Part shown: piece by piece, positions 1-9,396 of the stretch
How positions within the stretch are numbered: the stretch's first letter is position 1
Layout: every line of letters begins with the position of its first letter
NCBI GenBank assembly: GCA_947467145.1
Contig: CANIGJ010000003.1
Coordinates: 8,128 to 72,127, forward strand
Source: Rhodospirillaceae bacterium
Lineage (GTDB): Bacteria; Pseudomonadota; Alphaproteobacteria; Rhodospirillales; UBA2165
DNA: 64,000 bases
Direction: 5' to 3'
Position numbers and translations under genes: made by a program
The notes under the pieces: generated by a model
The model's input: only the letters and a program-made list of their open reading frames with translations
What the model was told of the DNA's origin: nothing
Databases searched by the model: none

Positions 1-269
1 ATGTCGTCGCCGTAACCGCGATAGAAGTTCCGCTCGGGCGCCTTTTCCTGTCCGCTGGCGTCGATCTCGCCGCGATCGAAGCGCGCGCGTTTGTCCTTGT
101 CGGACAGCAGCTCGTAGGCCGACGCGATTTCCTTGAATGTGTTCTCGGCGTCTTTGTTGCCGGGATTGACGTCGGGATGGTGCTTCTTGGCGAGCTTGCG
201 GTAGGCCGATGTGATTGCCGCATCGGTGGCGCTGCGTTCGACGCCCAGGATTTCGTAAGGATCTCTCAT
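1..269 (-). CDS. J-domain (DnaJ-like) protein, N-terminal part; gene runs off the left window edge
   Basis: Own reverse-strand translation from ATG 269-267: [70 protein letters not shown]. This is a canonical J domain with HPD. It is absent from the track because the window cuts the ORF. Confidence 0.8.
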   Translation of the reverse strand, partial: MRDPYEILGVERSATDAAITSAYRKLAKKHHPDVNPGNKDAENTFKEIASAYELLSDKDKRARFDRGEIDASGQEKAPERNFYRGYGDD

Positions 270-318
270 GACCATAAATCGCACTCAAATTGAGTCGTGC
301 TTGATATAGGCAGACGCG

Positions 319-765
319 TCAACCGGCGCACCAGCCGGCCCGTTTGGCGCCGCCATAGGCGCGGACATATCCTTCGCGCGTCAGCGCCGTGCCGAGATCC
401 TCGCCGGCCTCGGTTTCGACCTTGCTCATCACCCGGCCGGCATATTTCTCGAAGCGGATGTTGCGCAAAATGACGTCGCCGCCGGCGAGCTTTTCCTCGA
501 TGCGCGCCTTGGCGCGCTGCGCCGCCGCCCGTTCGCTGTCGCATTTGCCCTTGAGTTCCGGGGCATCGATGCCGCCGAGGCGCACCAGGGTGGTGACCTC
601 CTGGCCGAGCCAGATGTGGGCGCGCACCTCGATCGTGTCGCCATCGACGACGCGCAGCACCTCGGCCGCCACCGGCCCGTCGAGGCGGTTGAGCTGGGCC
701 CGCTCGGCGGCTCCGGCGGGGGCCGCGACGAACAGCACGGACAGGCAGAGGGCGATGGCGCGCAT
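319..765 (-). CDS. secreted thermonuclease (staphylococcal nuclease-like) family protein
   Basis: 148-aa ORF with signal peptide MRAIALCLSVLFVAAPAGAA. SNase-like motifs VVDGDTIEV and RLGGIDAPE. Confidence 0.7.
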   Translation of the reverse strand: MRAIALCLSVLFVAAPAGAAERAQLNRLDGPVAAEVLRVVDGDTIEVRAHIWLGQEVTTLVRLGGIDAPELKGKCDSERAAAQRAKARIEEKLAGGDVILRNIRFEKYAGRVMSKVETEAGEDLGTALTREGYVRAYGGAKRAGWCAG

Positions 766-935
766 CTGGAAATTTCTTGACTTTTTGGTGTATTTTATGG
801 AATTATTTTATAGATAATTTGCGGTCGCACAAACAGATATTTATTTCGTAATCAAAACGACTATGCAAATCTGGGCATGATGCGGGCTTTAGCCGCCGCG
901 CGCTTGGAATTAAATGTAGCAGCACATAGGCGGCG

Positions 936-1000
936 TCTCGACAGACTCTCGACAGGATTTGTCTATTTACGTCGAGTTTTGTCGATAAATGTCGATAAAT
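936..1000. repeat. short direct repeats inside an AT-rich intergenic island (TCTCGACAG x2, GTCGATAAAT x2)
   Basis: TCTCGACAG at 936-944 and 947-955 (11-bp phasing). GTCGAG at 971-976. Exact tandem GTCGATAAAT at 981-990 and 991-1000. The surrounding 766-1002 is conspicuously AT-rich in a GC-rich genome. Confidence 0.6.
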
Positions 1001-1002
1001 GA

Positions 1003-1434
1003 CTAGAGAGCCAGAACGACCGCGCCGGTCGCGACCAGGGCAATGCCCAGCCAGTGCAGCAGGCTCAGGCTTTCGCCCAGGAAAGTGACGCTGAATAGCG
1101 CCACTAGGACGACAGACAGTTTGTCGATCGGCTGCACCTTGGCCGCCTCGCCCATCTGCAGGGCGCGGAAATAGCAGATCCACGAGGCGCCCGTGGCGAG
1201 GCCGGACAGCACCAGGAAGATCCAGCTTTTTTGCGAGATCTGGTTGAGCGGCTGCCATTGGCCGGTCGCCGAAATGATGGCGGCCAATGCGCCCAGAATG
1301 ACGATGGTGCGGATGAAGGTCGCGAAATCGGAATTGATGCCCTCGATGCCGACCTTGGCGAAGATCGCGGTCAGCGCGGCAAAGGCCGCCGAGAGGAGGG
1401 CCCAGAACTGCCAGGCTGCGAAGGCGATCTTCAT
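1003..1434 (-). CDS. small EamA/DMT-family membrane transporter (single EamA domain)
   Basis: The track ORF 1003..1509 is trimmed to the internal ATG at 1434 (MKIAFAAWQFWALLSAAFAAL...). About 143 aa, all hydrophobic helices, EamA-like C-terminus GESLSLLHWLGIALVATG. Confidence 0.65.
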   Translation of the reverse strand: MKIAFAAWQFWALLSAAFAALTAIFAKVGIEGINSDFATFIRTIVILGALAAIISATGQWQPLNQISQKSWIFLVLSGLATGASWICYFRALQMGEAAKVQPIDKLSVVLVALFSVTFLGESLSLLHWLGIALVATGAVVLAL

Positions 1435-1641
1435 GTCAGAAATCGATGCAGCGGCCGTTCTTTTCCCAATCGCCGTAGCGCGTCGGTTCCAGACCCTTGG
1501 GGCCGCCATGTTCCTTGGGCTTGGCAGGTGCTGGCGCGTCCGGCTGTGCTGGTTGGATCGCGGGCTCGGTGGGTTCGTTTTTGGCTGTGTCGGTCATGCT
1601 TCCTTGTAACCCCATCGGCCGCCCGTTAGGAAGGCCCAGCT

Positions 1642-2412
1642 TTGGGCGGATCAGTCTTGGTGGACATCTCCGGTTTTCTTTCGACCTACGTCTTCGATTG
1701 GGGCTTCGCGCTGTGCGCGGGTGTCGCCGTGCTGGCCGCCATCGTGCGCGCCTTCACCGGCTTCGGCGCCAACGTCGTGTGGGGCCCGGTCCTGATGCTC
1801 TATTACGGCCCGGTCGAGATGGTGGCGATCATGGCCATCGCGGCGGTAGCGACCTCGTTCCAGGTCGCCTTGCCGTCGGCCAAGCAGGCCGACTGGCGCA
1901 CCATCGGCGTCATGTTCGCGGCCATGCTGGTTTTTACCCCGCTCGGTGTGCTGACCCTGCTCGAGGTCGATCCGCACATCTTCAAGAAGGCGTTCGGCAT
2001 CTTCATCCTGATCTGCGCGGCGGTGCTGGCGTCGGGCTGGGTCTATCGCGGCACGCACAGCAAGTTCGCGACGGCGGCGACCGGCGCGCTGTCCGGCTGG
2101 ATCGCCGGTTTCGCCGGCGTCGGCGGTCCGATCCTCGTGATCTACTTCCTGGCCGCTCCCGGCGATCTGCGCCAGAAGCACGCCAACAATTCGATCTCGG
2201 TCACCCTGCTGGCGCCGATCACTCTGGCCGGGCTGCTGTGGCAGGGCGCCGTGGACAGCGATGCCTGGATCCGTGGGTTACTATTCCTGCCGGCGGTTTA
2301 CATCGGCCAGTGGATCGGACTGCGGCTGTTCAAGGTCGCCCCGATCGAGCTGTTCCGGAAGGTTTCCCTGGCCCTGATGATGATCATCGGCGTGGCGGTT
2401 TTGGTGGGTTGA
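1642..2412 (+). CDS. TauE/SafE (TSUP) family anion exporter
   Basis: 256-aa polytopic membrane ORF with TSUP-type glycine motifs (FTGFGANVV, GFAGVGGPILVIYF). The start is a TTG; TTG 1657 and GTG 1660 are alternatives. Confidence 0.65.
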   Translation: MGGSVLVDISGFLSTYVFDWGFALCAGVAVLAAIVRAFTGFGANVVWGPVLMLYYGPVEMVAIMAIAAVATSFQVALPSAKQADWRTIGVMFAAMLVFTPLGVLTLLEVDPHIFKKAFGIFILICAAVLASGWVYRGTHSKFATAATGALSGWIAGFAGVGGPILVIYFLAAPGDLRQKHANNSISVTLLAPITLAGLLWQGAVDSDAWIRGLLFLPAVYIGQWIGLRLFKVAPIELFRKVSLALMMIIGVAVLVG

Positions 2413-2427
2413 GCGCAAATCCGCCAT

Positions 2428-2457
2428 ATTTGAAATGTGGAATAGGGCTGACTATCT
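2428..2457 (+). promoter_or_regulatory. possible sigma32-type heat-shock promoter for htpX
   Basis: ATTTG (2428-2432), 18 nt, ACTATCT (2451-2457). This resembles the alphaproteobacterial RpoH consensus CTTG-N17-CYTATNT and sits 45 nt before htpX. Imperfect match. Confidence 0.25.
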
Positions 2458-2501
2458 GATCACCAATTGGTGAACTGCCTTTTGAAAGGAAGGACAAGAC
2501 A

Positions 2502-3464
2502 GTGAGTTACTTCAAGACCGCCATGCTGCTCGCCGGCCTGACGGCTTTGTTCATGGGCGTCGGCGCCCTGTTGGGCGGTTCAACCGGCATGGTGATCGCG
2601 TTGGCCTTCGCGCTCGCGATGAACGCCTATTCCTATTGGAACTCCGACAAGATGGTGCTGCGCATGTACGGCGCGCGCGAAGTCGACGCGCGCTCGGCGC
2701 CTACCTTCTACAATATTGTGCAACACCTGGCGCAGAACGCGCAGCTGCCGATGCCCAAGGTCTATGTCATCGAAGACGCACAACCCAATGCGTTCGCGAC
2801 GGGCCGCGATCCGGAGCATGCCGCGGTCGCCGCGACCACCGGCCTGCTCGATCATCTGAGCTCCGAAGAGATCGCCGGCGTCATGGCGCACGAACTCGCA
2901 CACGTGAAACATCGCGACACCTTGATCATGACGGTAACGGCGACCTTGGCCGGTGCGCTGTCGATGCTCGCTAACTTCGCCATGTTCTTCGGCGGTTCGC
3001 GCGATCGCGAAAACGGCGGCGGTGTCGGTATCGTCGGCACGATCGTGCTGATGATCGTCGCCCCCATGGCCGCCATGCTGGTGCAGATGGCGATCAGCCG
3101 CGCGCGCGAATATGAAGCCGACCGCGAGGGTGCGGAAATTTCCGGCCAACCGATGTGGCTAGCGTCGGCGCTGGGCAAGTTGGAATCGCTGGCGCATCAA
3201 ATTCAGAACCCGCGCGCCGAGGCGAATCCCGCGACGGCGCATCTGTTCATCGTCAATCCGCTGTCGGGTTCGCGCATGGACAATCTGTTCTCGACGCATC
3301 CGAGCATGGAGAACCGCATCGCGCGCCTGCAGGCGATGGCGAATGGCGAGCCGGTGCAAACGACGCGCGGGTTCAGCCGGGCCGCGCGCGCCGAACGCCG
3401 GCGCAGCATCCTGCCGACCAGCGGCAGCGCCGACGGCAGTGTCGGCCGCCGTCCCTGGGGATAG
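2502..3464 (+). CDS. htpX: zinc metalloprotease HtpX
   Basis: 320 aa with N-terminal TM helices and [10 protein letters not shown] (HExxH). Typical HtpX order: [21 protein letters not shown]. Confidence 0.9.
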   Translation: MSYFKTAMLLAGLTALFMGVGALLGGSTGMVIALAFALAMNAYSYWNSDKMVLRMYGAREVDARSAPTFYNIVQHLAQNAQLPMPKVYVIEDAQPNAFATGRDPEHAAVAATTGLLDHLSSEEIAGVMAHELAHVKHRDTLIMTVTATLAGALSMLANFAMFFGGSRDRENGGGVGIVGTIVLMIVAPMAAMLVQMAISRAREYEADREGAEISGQPMWLASALGKLESLAHQIQNPRAEANPATAHLFIVNPLSGSRMDNLFSTHPSMENRIARLQAMANGEPVQTTRGFSRAARAERRRSILPTSGSADGSVGRRPWG

Positions 3465-3511
3465 TTTGACTTAAAGGTTGCGCGGAGAATCGTCAGAGAC
3501 GATTCTGCCGC

Positions 3512-4306
3512 GTGATCTTGTCTCCCGAATATCTGCCGTGGCTTGAATTCGCCATCCGCCTCGTCGCCACCGCATCGATGGTCGTCGTTGCGACCTGGGC
3601 CGCCGAACGTAGCGGCCCGTTGGTGGGCGCGCTGATCGCCACCCTGCCGATCTCTGCCGGGCCGGCCTATATTTTCGTTGCCGTCGCGCACGATCCCGCG
3701 TTCATCGCCCAGGCCGCACTCGCCAGTCTCGCGGTCAATGCCGCAACGATCTCCTTCATGCTCGCGTACGTCGTCATGGCGCAGAAGCGCGGCCTGATCT
3801 TGAGTTATAGCGTAGCTTTCGTCAGTTGGGTGGCGATCGGTTATCTGGTCCAGTCGCTCGACTGGTCCTTGCCCGCGGCCATCGCGCTCAATGTCGCGGT
3901 CACGGCGCTGGCACTGCCCATTGCGCAACGTCTCGCTACGCACAAGATGCCGGCCGCGCAGCGACGCTGGTACGATGTGCCGTTCCGCGCCGGCCTCGTC
4001 GCCTGTTTCGTCTGCATCGTCGTGGCGCTCAGCGCGCATGTCGGGCCGGCGATCACCGGCATGCTTGCGGTCTTTCCCATCGTGCTGTCGAGCCTGATCC
4101 TGATCTTGCAGCCGCGCGCCGGCGGCGTAGCCACGGCGTCGCTGATCGCGCACGGCATGTTCGGCACCGTCGGGTTCGGCACGTCGTTGATCGTCCTGCA
4201 CCTGGCCGCCCCGGCCTTCGGCTCGGGTTTAGCGCTCGGCGCGGCCCTTGCGGTCTGCATCGGCTGGAACCTGGCACTGCTGGCGTTGCGCCGCGTGCGG
4301 CCTTAA
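3512..4306 (+). CDS. integral membrane protein of unknown function (internally duplicated)
   Basis: 264-aa hydrophobic ORF with a GTG start. Its two halves share a pattern (SGPLVGALIATLPISAGPAYIFV vs VGPAITGMLAVFPIVLSSLILIL). Confidence 0.5.
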   Translation: MILSPEYLPWLEFAIRLVATASMVVVATWAAERSGPLVGALIATLPISAGPAYIFVAVAHDPAFIAQAALASLAVNAATISFMLAYVVMAQKRGLILSYSVAFVSWVAIGYLVQSLDWSLPAAIALNVAVTALALPIAQRLATHKMPAAQRRWYDVPFRAGLVACFVCIVVALSAHVGPAITGMLAVFPIVLSSLILILQPRAGGVATASLIAHGMFGTVGFGTSLIVLHLAAPAFGSGLALGAALAVCIGWNLALLALRRVRP

Positions 4307-4401
4307 CCATTTAACATTGTTCACGATTCCGGCGCCGGATTGACGGCGCGTGCGCGATAGGCCCACAATCCTTGTGGAATAAGGCCCATAGGGAGGCTGC
4401 G

Positions 4402-4827
4402 ATGGCGATCGAGATCATCAATCCGTTGGAAATCGGCAAAGCAAAAAAAGAACGCACCAAGGTGTTCAACAGCCGTAAGGCGCATGCCTGGGTGCATTAT
4501 TACACCCGGCCCGGCGACCATGACGAACTGCACTGTCACAATGCCGATCAGGTCTTCATGTGCCTCGAAGGCGAATGCACGATGAGTTTTCCGGACGGCG
4601 GCGAGGCGGTCCTGAAGCCGGGCATGGCCGCGATGATCAATGGCGGTTCGTTCTACAAGCTCGAGAATACCGGCGATTGTCCGATGATCATGATGGGCTG
4701 GCGCACCGGCGATGGCGATAGCGTGAAGACCATCGATTACGTGACCGGCGAAAACATCACCTTCGACGGCAAACGTCCGGTCATCCGCAATCGCTTCGAC
4801 GAAGAGGCCGCCAAGGCCGCCGAATAG
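4402..4827 (+). CDS. cupin domain protein
   Basis: Cupin motifs LHCHNADQVFMCLEGE and PGMAAMINGGSFYKLEN. Start moved to ATG 4402, which is preceded by GGAGG; the track starts at 4372. Confidence 0.7.
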   Translation: MAIEIINPLEIGKAKKERTKVFNSRKAHAWVHYYTRPGDHDELHCHNADQVFMCLEGECTMSFPDGGEAVLKPGMAAMINGGSFYKLENTGDCPMIMMGWRTGDGDSVKTIDYVTGENITFDGKRPVIRNRFDEEAAKAAE

Positions 4828-4885
4828 TCATCGGCAAAAATCCGGCTGCGGCCAACCGTACCCGGAAAAAACAGGGAGACTGGTC

Positions 4886-6430
4886 ATGCGTCCTATCACC
4901 AACATGACGTTGGCGTGCGTCGCGGCGGTAGTTTCGCTCCTGCATATCGGAAGCGTGGCATACGCGCAGAAATCGAACGACACGTTGCGGATCGCGATCA
5001 ACGATCCCATCGATGTGCTGTCGCCGTATGACCGGCCGAACGAAGAAAGCTCGCCGTTCTTCACCGAGGTCTATCAGACTTTTCTGCGGCGCAACGAATA
5101 TACCGATACCTTGTTCTCCGATTATTTCTCGTCGTGGAAGCGCATCGATCCGACGACGATCGAATTCGAGCTGAAGGACGGCATTACGTTCCATAGCGGC
5201 AATAAGTTCAGTGCCGACGACGTCGTCTATACCTTGAACTGGGCGGCCGATCCGAAGGTCAAGTTGCCGAACAAGGGTGCCTACTTGCTGTTCGATCGCG
5301 CTGAGAAGATGGGCCCGACGACGGTGCGTATCAAAACCAAGGACTTCTACGCCGCCGATACGACGGCACTCGCCTATCGCGTCTATATGCTGGATTCGCA
5401 GGTCCACAAGGCGTTGGACAACACGGCTGACTACGGCCGTGTGTCCGCGTCCGGCACCGGGCCCTATAAACTTGCCTCGATCGATCGCAACAAGGGCATG
5501 GTGCTTGAGCGTTGGGACGGTTACCAGGGCGACGCCAAAATCGCGCGCGCGCCGATCAAGCGCATCCACGGCATCCCAATCCCCGACGGGCAGACTCAGA
5601 CCGCACAATTGATGACCGGTGGCATCGACGTGTTGCGCAATGTCAGCGCCGATGCATCCAAGGAGCTGGCCAAGAACAAGGAGCTCGCCGTTACCGCGAT
5701 TCCGTCCGGCACGTATCTGTACATCCATCTCGACGCCATCGGCCGCGCCGGGGTAAAGGCGCTGGAGGATGTACGTGTGCGCAAGGCCTTCGTGATGGGT
5801 ATCAACCGCAAGGAGATCACAGATAATTTCATCGCCGGCGCCAATGCGGCCGAAGTGATCGACTCGGTCTGCCTGAAATCGACCATCGCCTGCGCGTCAT
5901 CGACACAGCCTTATCCGTACGACCCGGCGGGTGCCAAGAAGCTGTTGGCGGAAGCGGGCTATCCCAATGGCCTCGATCTGCAATTCTATGTGCATGCGCC
6001 CTATAAGGATGCGGCCGAGGCGGCGGCCGGGCAATTGCTGCGCGCCGGTATCCGGGCATCGGTGCAGCCGCTGACCATCAGCGTCTATTTCAAGAAACGC
6101 GACGACGGCGAACTGGCGATTTTCATGGGTGTCAGGCCCACCGGATCGTTCCCGGAAGTGCTGGCCTCGTTCGATTCCTTCTTCGCCGAAAAGCGCGATT
6201 ATTGGCGCGATCCCTTCATCCACGCGCAATGGAAACTGGCGCTGGCCGAGGGCGATCCGGCCAAGCGCGCTCAGATCGTCAAGCCCGTCATCGACCGGCT
6301 GAACACCGAAGCCTATGTGCTGCCGATTGCCACGGTGCCCACGACCTTCGTACATTCCAAGAATGTGCGGGTGGAACGCAATCTGATCCAAAGCGGCGAT
6401 ATCACTGTCGCCGACTTCTTCTGGAACTGA
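4886..6430 (+). CDS. ABC-transporter periplasmic substrate-binding protein, family 5 (peptide/nickel type), orphan
   Basis: 514 aa with a signal peptide ending VAYAQ. Family-5 SBP length and motifs (GITFHSGNKFSADDVVYT). No permease or ATPase genes are adjacent. Confidence 0.75.
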   Translation: MRPITNMTLACVAAVVSLLHIGSVAYAQKSNDTLRIAINDPIDVLSPYDRPNEESSPFFTEVYQTFLRRNEYTDTLFSDYFSSWKRIDPTTIEFELKDGITFHSGNKFSADDVVYTLNWAADPKVKLPNKGAYLLFDRAEKMGPTTVRIKTKDFYAADTTALAYRVYMLDSQVHKALDNTADYGRVSASGTGPYKLASIDRNKGMVLERWDGYQGDAKIARAPIKRIHGIPIPDGQTQTAQLMTGGIDVLRNVSADASKELAKNKELAVTAIPSGTYLYIHLDAIGRAGVKALEDVRVRKAFVMGINRKEITDNFIAGANAAEVIDSVCLKSTIACASSTQPYPYDPAGAKKLLAEAGYPNGLDLQFYVHAPYKDAAEAAAGQLLRAGIRASVQPLTISVYFKKRDDGELAIFMGVRPTGSFPEVLASFDSFFAEKRDYWRDPFIHAQWKLALAEGDPAKRAQIVKPVIDRLNTEAYVLPIATVPTTFVHSKNVRVERNLIQSGDITVADFFWN

Positions 6431-6466
6431 TATCTTTACGCCAAAGCCAATATTCAGGAGGCCGAT

Positions 6467-6937
6467 ATGAACGAAGCAACAAAGCCGATCAATCCCGAGA
6501 AAGAAAAGATCCATCTCGAAGCCGAAAGCCGCGTCCATACCTTCAGTTATGCCTCGCCCAGCGCGATCGGCCGTGTGAAGGAAATGGTGAACATGGTCCG
6601 CACGCCCAATGTGCGCGTGCAGGTCCAGGTCGTCAGCGAAGGCGGCGAGAACAATCTGCACTACCACACCAATTCCGACGGCGTGTGGATGGTGCTGAAG
6701 GGTGCGGCCAAGTTCTACGGGCCGAGCGACGAAATCATCGGCGATCTGAAGGAAATGGACGGTATCCTGCTGCCCGGCGGCACGCGCTACTGGTTCGAGA
6801 CGACGGGCGACGTTCCGCTCGAAATCCTGCACATCACCGCGGTCGAGAATTCCAAGACCAAGGATCAGCGCATCAACGTCGATAAACACAAAGATTGGAT
6901 GACGGACGCCAACTTGCAGGTTTACGACGACAAGTAG
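6467..6937 (+). CDS. cupin domain protein
   Basis: 156 aa with cupin motifs NNLHYHTNSDGVWMVLKG and LLPGGTRYWFETTG. AGGAGG lies upstream of the ATG. Confidence 0.7.
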   Translation: MNEATKPINPEKEKIHLEAESRVHTFSYASPSAIGRVKEMVNMVRTPNVRVQVQVVSEGGENNLHYHTNSDGVWMVLKGAAKFYGPSDEIIGDLKEMDGILLPGGTRYWFETTGDVPLEILHITAVENSKTKDQRINVDKHKDWMTDANLQVYDDK

Positions 6938-6970
6938 ATCGCGCTACGCGTCCTTTAATAAACTGAATCA

Positions 6971-7005
6971 GCGGGCCGTCCTTGCGACGGCCCGCGACGT
7001 TTTTG
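6971..7005 (+). terminator. rho-independent terminator after the cupin gene
   Basis: GCGGGCCGTC (6971-6980), loop CTTGC, GACGGCCCGC (6986-6995), then GACGTTTTT. Confidence 0.6.
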
Positions 7006-7017
7006 GGCTGCCAGCGG

Positions 7018-8682
7018 TCAGGCCAACGCAGCCAGCGCGCGCGGATCGGCGACGGCGTAAACATTGATCTCGCCGACGCGGCCGCGCACGCCGGTCGTGC
7101 GTTTTTCGCAGCCGCTCATGTCGAATCCGGCATGAGCGGCGGCTTCTTCCGACAGCACCAGCGCGCAGCCGAAATCCTTGGTCAGCGCTTCGAGGCGCGC
7201 GGTCACGTTCACCGCATCGCCGATGGCGGTAAAGGCTTGCGCCGTCGGCGGGCCCATCGAACCGACGATCACCTCGCCGCAATGAATGCCGAGCCCCATG
7301 CGCAGAGGTTCGGGCAGATCGTTGGCGAAGCGGCGGTTCAATTCGTCCAGTCGCGCGAGCATTGCCGCGGCCCCTTTGACGGCATTGCGGCAACCATCCT
7401 GAATGGATCCGGTCACGCCATACATCGCCATCAGGCCGTCGCCGGTGAAATTGGAATAGTGTCCGCCGGTTTCGCTGAGCGCGGCGGACATTTCGGCGAA
7501 GAATTGATTGAGGGTGAACAGCACGTCATACGGCAACTTGCGTTCGCCCAAACGGGTCGAGCCGCGAATATCGAGAAACATCACCGCGATGGTCTGCTCG
7601 CGCGCGGCCATCACCCCCGGCTTGTTGGCATCGCGCGCCGTCGCGGAGGCAGGCAGCAGCGGATGGATGGCCAGATCGTGCACTGGATGCGTCTGGCAAG
7701 CGAGGCGGACATTGGGTTCGGCGCTGATGCGCGCGAGCGCTTTCGCCTCGACCTCGCTGGGTGCGGGTAAGTGGTTGATCGCTTCGCCGACCTCAATGCG
7801 GCAGGTAGTGCAACGCCCGCGTCCGCCGCAGACCGAGGCATGCGGGATGCCGTTGATGCGGAGCGTTTCAAGAATTGTCTGGCCGTTGGGGGCGTCGATC
7901 TTGCGGCCGTCGGGCAGGCGGATGGCGTGGCTGCCGTGGCGCCGGCGCCAGTAGTGACGCACAACGCGCGCGATCAGGACGGACAAGGTCAGGTTGGCGA
8001 AGACGAGCCAGCCGTTGGGTTCGACCAGTTTCAATTGCGCGACCATATCGGCCATGGCGGGCACGAAGATGGGCCCGAACAGGCGGCCGAGATATCCCGG
8101 ATCCATTTCGGCGCGCACGCTGAGCAAGCGCCCGATGACGGAGAATCCGAGCAACGATAGGACTGGGGTCAGGATCATCGCGGCATAAGCATAAGGCAGG
8201 GCCGCGCGATACCAGGCATACATGCGCAACCAGAAGTGCAGCCCGACGCACAGATGCGCCCATACGACGACGGCCATGATCGCTTGCTGGACGCCCCGCA
8301 TCGGATCGGCGACCCAAAGGGCAGCGATCACGTATTCATAGGTCGGCTCGTAGTCGAGCGAATGGCGCACGCCGCTGGTGCCGGCGATATGGACGAGGAT
8401 CAGCGGAAAGATCAGCAGGCCGAGTAGGATCTGAATGGCTTCCCAGGCCGGCATGCGCAGCGTCGATCGGGTAAACAAGGTCCACAGCGCCAGGAAGAAG
8501 TGCATCAGGAACGCGCCGAACAGGATGACCTCGCCCACCGGGCCCAGCCAGATGATATGGATGGCGCGGCGCATGGCCTCCATCGCGTCAAGCGACACGA
8601 GGCCGAGCGCATGGTTGAGCATGTGCGGTATGACGTAGGCAGCGACGATCACGCCCGCCCATAGATGCAATTTCTTGATCAC
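7018..8682 (-). CDS. membrane-anchored 2Fe-2S ferredoxin / class III adenylate-guanylate cyclase fusion
   Basis: 554 aa in three parts. N-terminal polytopic His-rich membrane part (HLWAGVIVAAYVIPHMLNH). Ferredoxin motif CGGRGRCTTCRIEV...RLACQT. Cyclase motifs MFLDIRGST, FTGDGLMAMYG, GDAVNVTARLE. Confidence 0.8.
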   Translation of the reverse strand: MIKKLHLWAGVIVAAYVIPHMLNHALGLVSLDAMEAMRRAIHIIWLGPVGEVILFGAFLMHFFLALWTLFTRSTLRMPAWEAIQILLGLLIFPLILVHIAGTSGVRHSLDYEPTYEYVIAALWVADPMRGVQQAIMAVVVWAHLCVGLHFWLRMYAWYRAALPYAYAAMILTPVLSLLGFSVIGRLLSVRAEMDPGYLGRLFGPIFVPAMADMVAQLKLVEPNGWLVFANLTLSVLIARVVRHYWRRRHGSHAIRLPDGRKIDAPNGQTILETLRINGIPHASVCGGRGRCTTCRIEVGEAINHLPAPSEVEAKALARISAEPNVRLACQTHPVHDLAIHPLLPASATARDANKPGVMAAREQTIAVMFLDIRGSTRLGERKLPYDVLFTLNQFFAEMSAALSETGGHYSNFTGDGLMAMYGVTGSIQDGCRNAVKGAAAMLARLDELNRRFANDLPEPLRMGLGIHCGEVIVGSMGPPTAQAFTAIGDAVNVTARLEALTKDFGCALVLSEEAAAHAGFDMSGCEKRTTGVRGRVGEINVYAVADPRALAALA

Positions 8683-8811
8683 GCGCTCCGAACCTCCGAA
8701 TCGACGTTAGCACGATTTTGCGTCATGATGCCCGTCAAGCGGTGCCACGACGAGCGCCCAATATCTGGCCTTGGGGTTGATCGCACAGCCGAACCGACGG
8801 AAGTTAGCGGC

Positions 8812-9396
8812 ATGCGAGGATTTTTTGGGATCGGCGTCGCCGGCGTCAGCAAGAGCATGAATGTCGGAAGTCTTTTCCGCACCGCTCATGCCTTCGGCGC
8901 GTCCTATATTTTCACGGTCGGCGCAAAATATACGCGCAAAGTGGGGCGCGGCGCCGATACGTCGAACACACCGCTGCAGGTTCCGTTCTACGAATTTCCC
9001 GATGCCGAGCATATGGTTCTGCCGGAAGGGACCGAATTGGTCGGGGTCGAGATCGTCGACGATGCGGTCGAATTGCCGTCTTTTCGCCATCCGCGTCAGG
9101 CAGCCTATATTCTGGGCGCGGAACGCATTTCATTGCCGCCGGAACTGCTCGCCAAATGCGCCTATTCGGTAAGGATTCCGACACACTTTTCCATCAATGT
9201 TGGGCTGGCGGGTGCTTTGGTCATGTACGACAGATTGGTCAGCCTTGGCCGCTTCGCCCGCCGTCCGGTCAGCCCACGCGGCGTGCCGGAACCCTTGCCG
9301 GAGCATGTTTTCGGCGGCCCACGCTTTCGCACGCAGGCTTCGCCTTATCTGGCGAGCCCGCCGGATATAACTGAGAAACCCGGATCCAAATCATGA
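8812..9396 (+). CDS. SpoU/TrmH-family RNA 2-prime-O-methyltransferase
   Basis: SPOUT motifs: MNVGSLFRTAHAFGASYIF, AAYILGAERISLP, VRIPTHFSINVGLAGALVMYD. Start set at ATG 8812; the track ORF begins at 8665 and ATG 8725 is also possible. Confidence 0.65.
   Translation: MRGFFGIGVAGVSKSMNVGSLFRTAHAFGASYIFTVGAKYTRKVGRGADTSNTPLQVPFYEFPDAEHMVLPEGTELVGVEIVDDAVELPSFRHPRQAAYILGAERISLPPELLAKCAYSVRIPTHFSINVGLAGALVMYDRLVSLGRFARRPVSPRGVPEPLPEHVFGGPRFRTQASPYLASPPDITEKPGSKS

Noticed and set aside
981-1000. Tandem repeats checked as a possible CRISPR or minisatellite, along with a window-wide look for repeat-spacer arrays.
   Set aside because: There are only two 10-bp units with no spacers. No CRISPR-like array, cas genes, transposases or IS inverted repeats were seen anywhere in the window.
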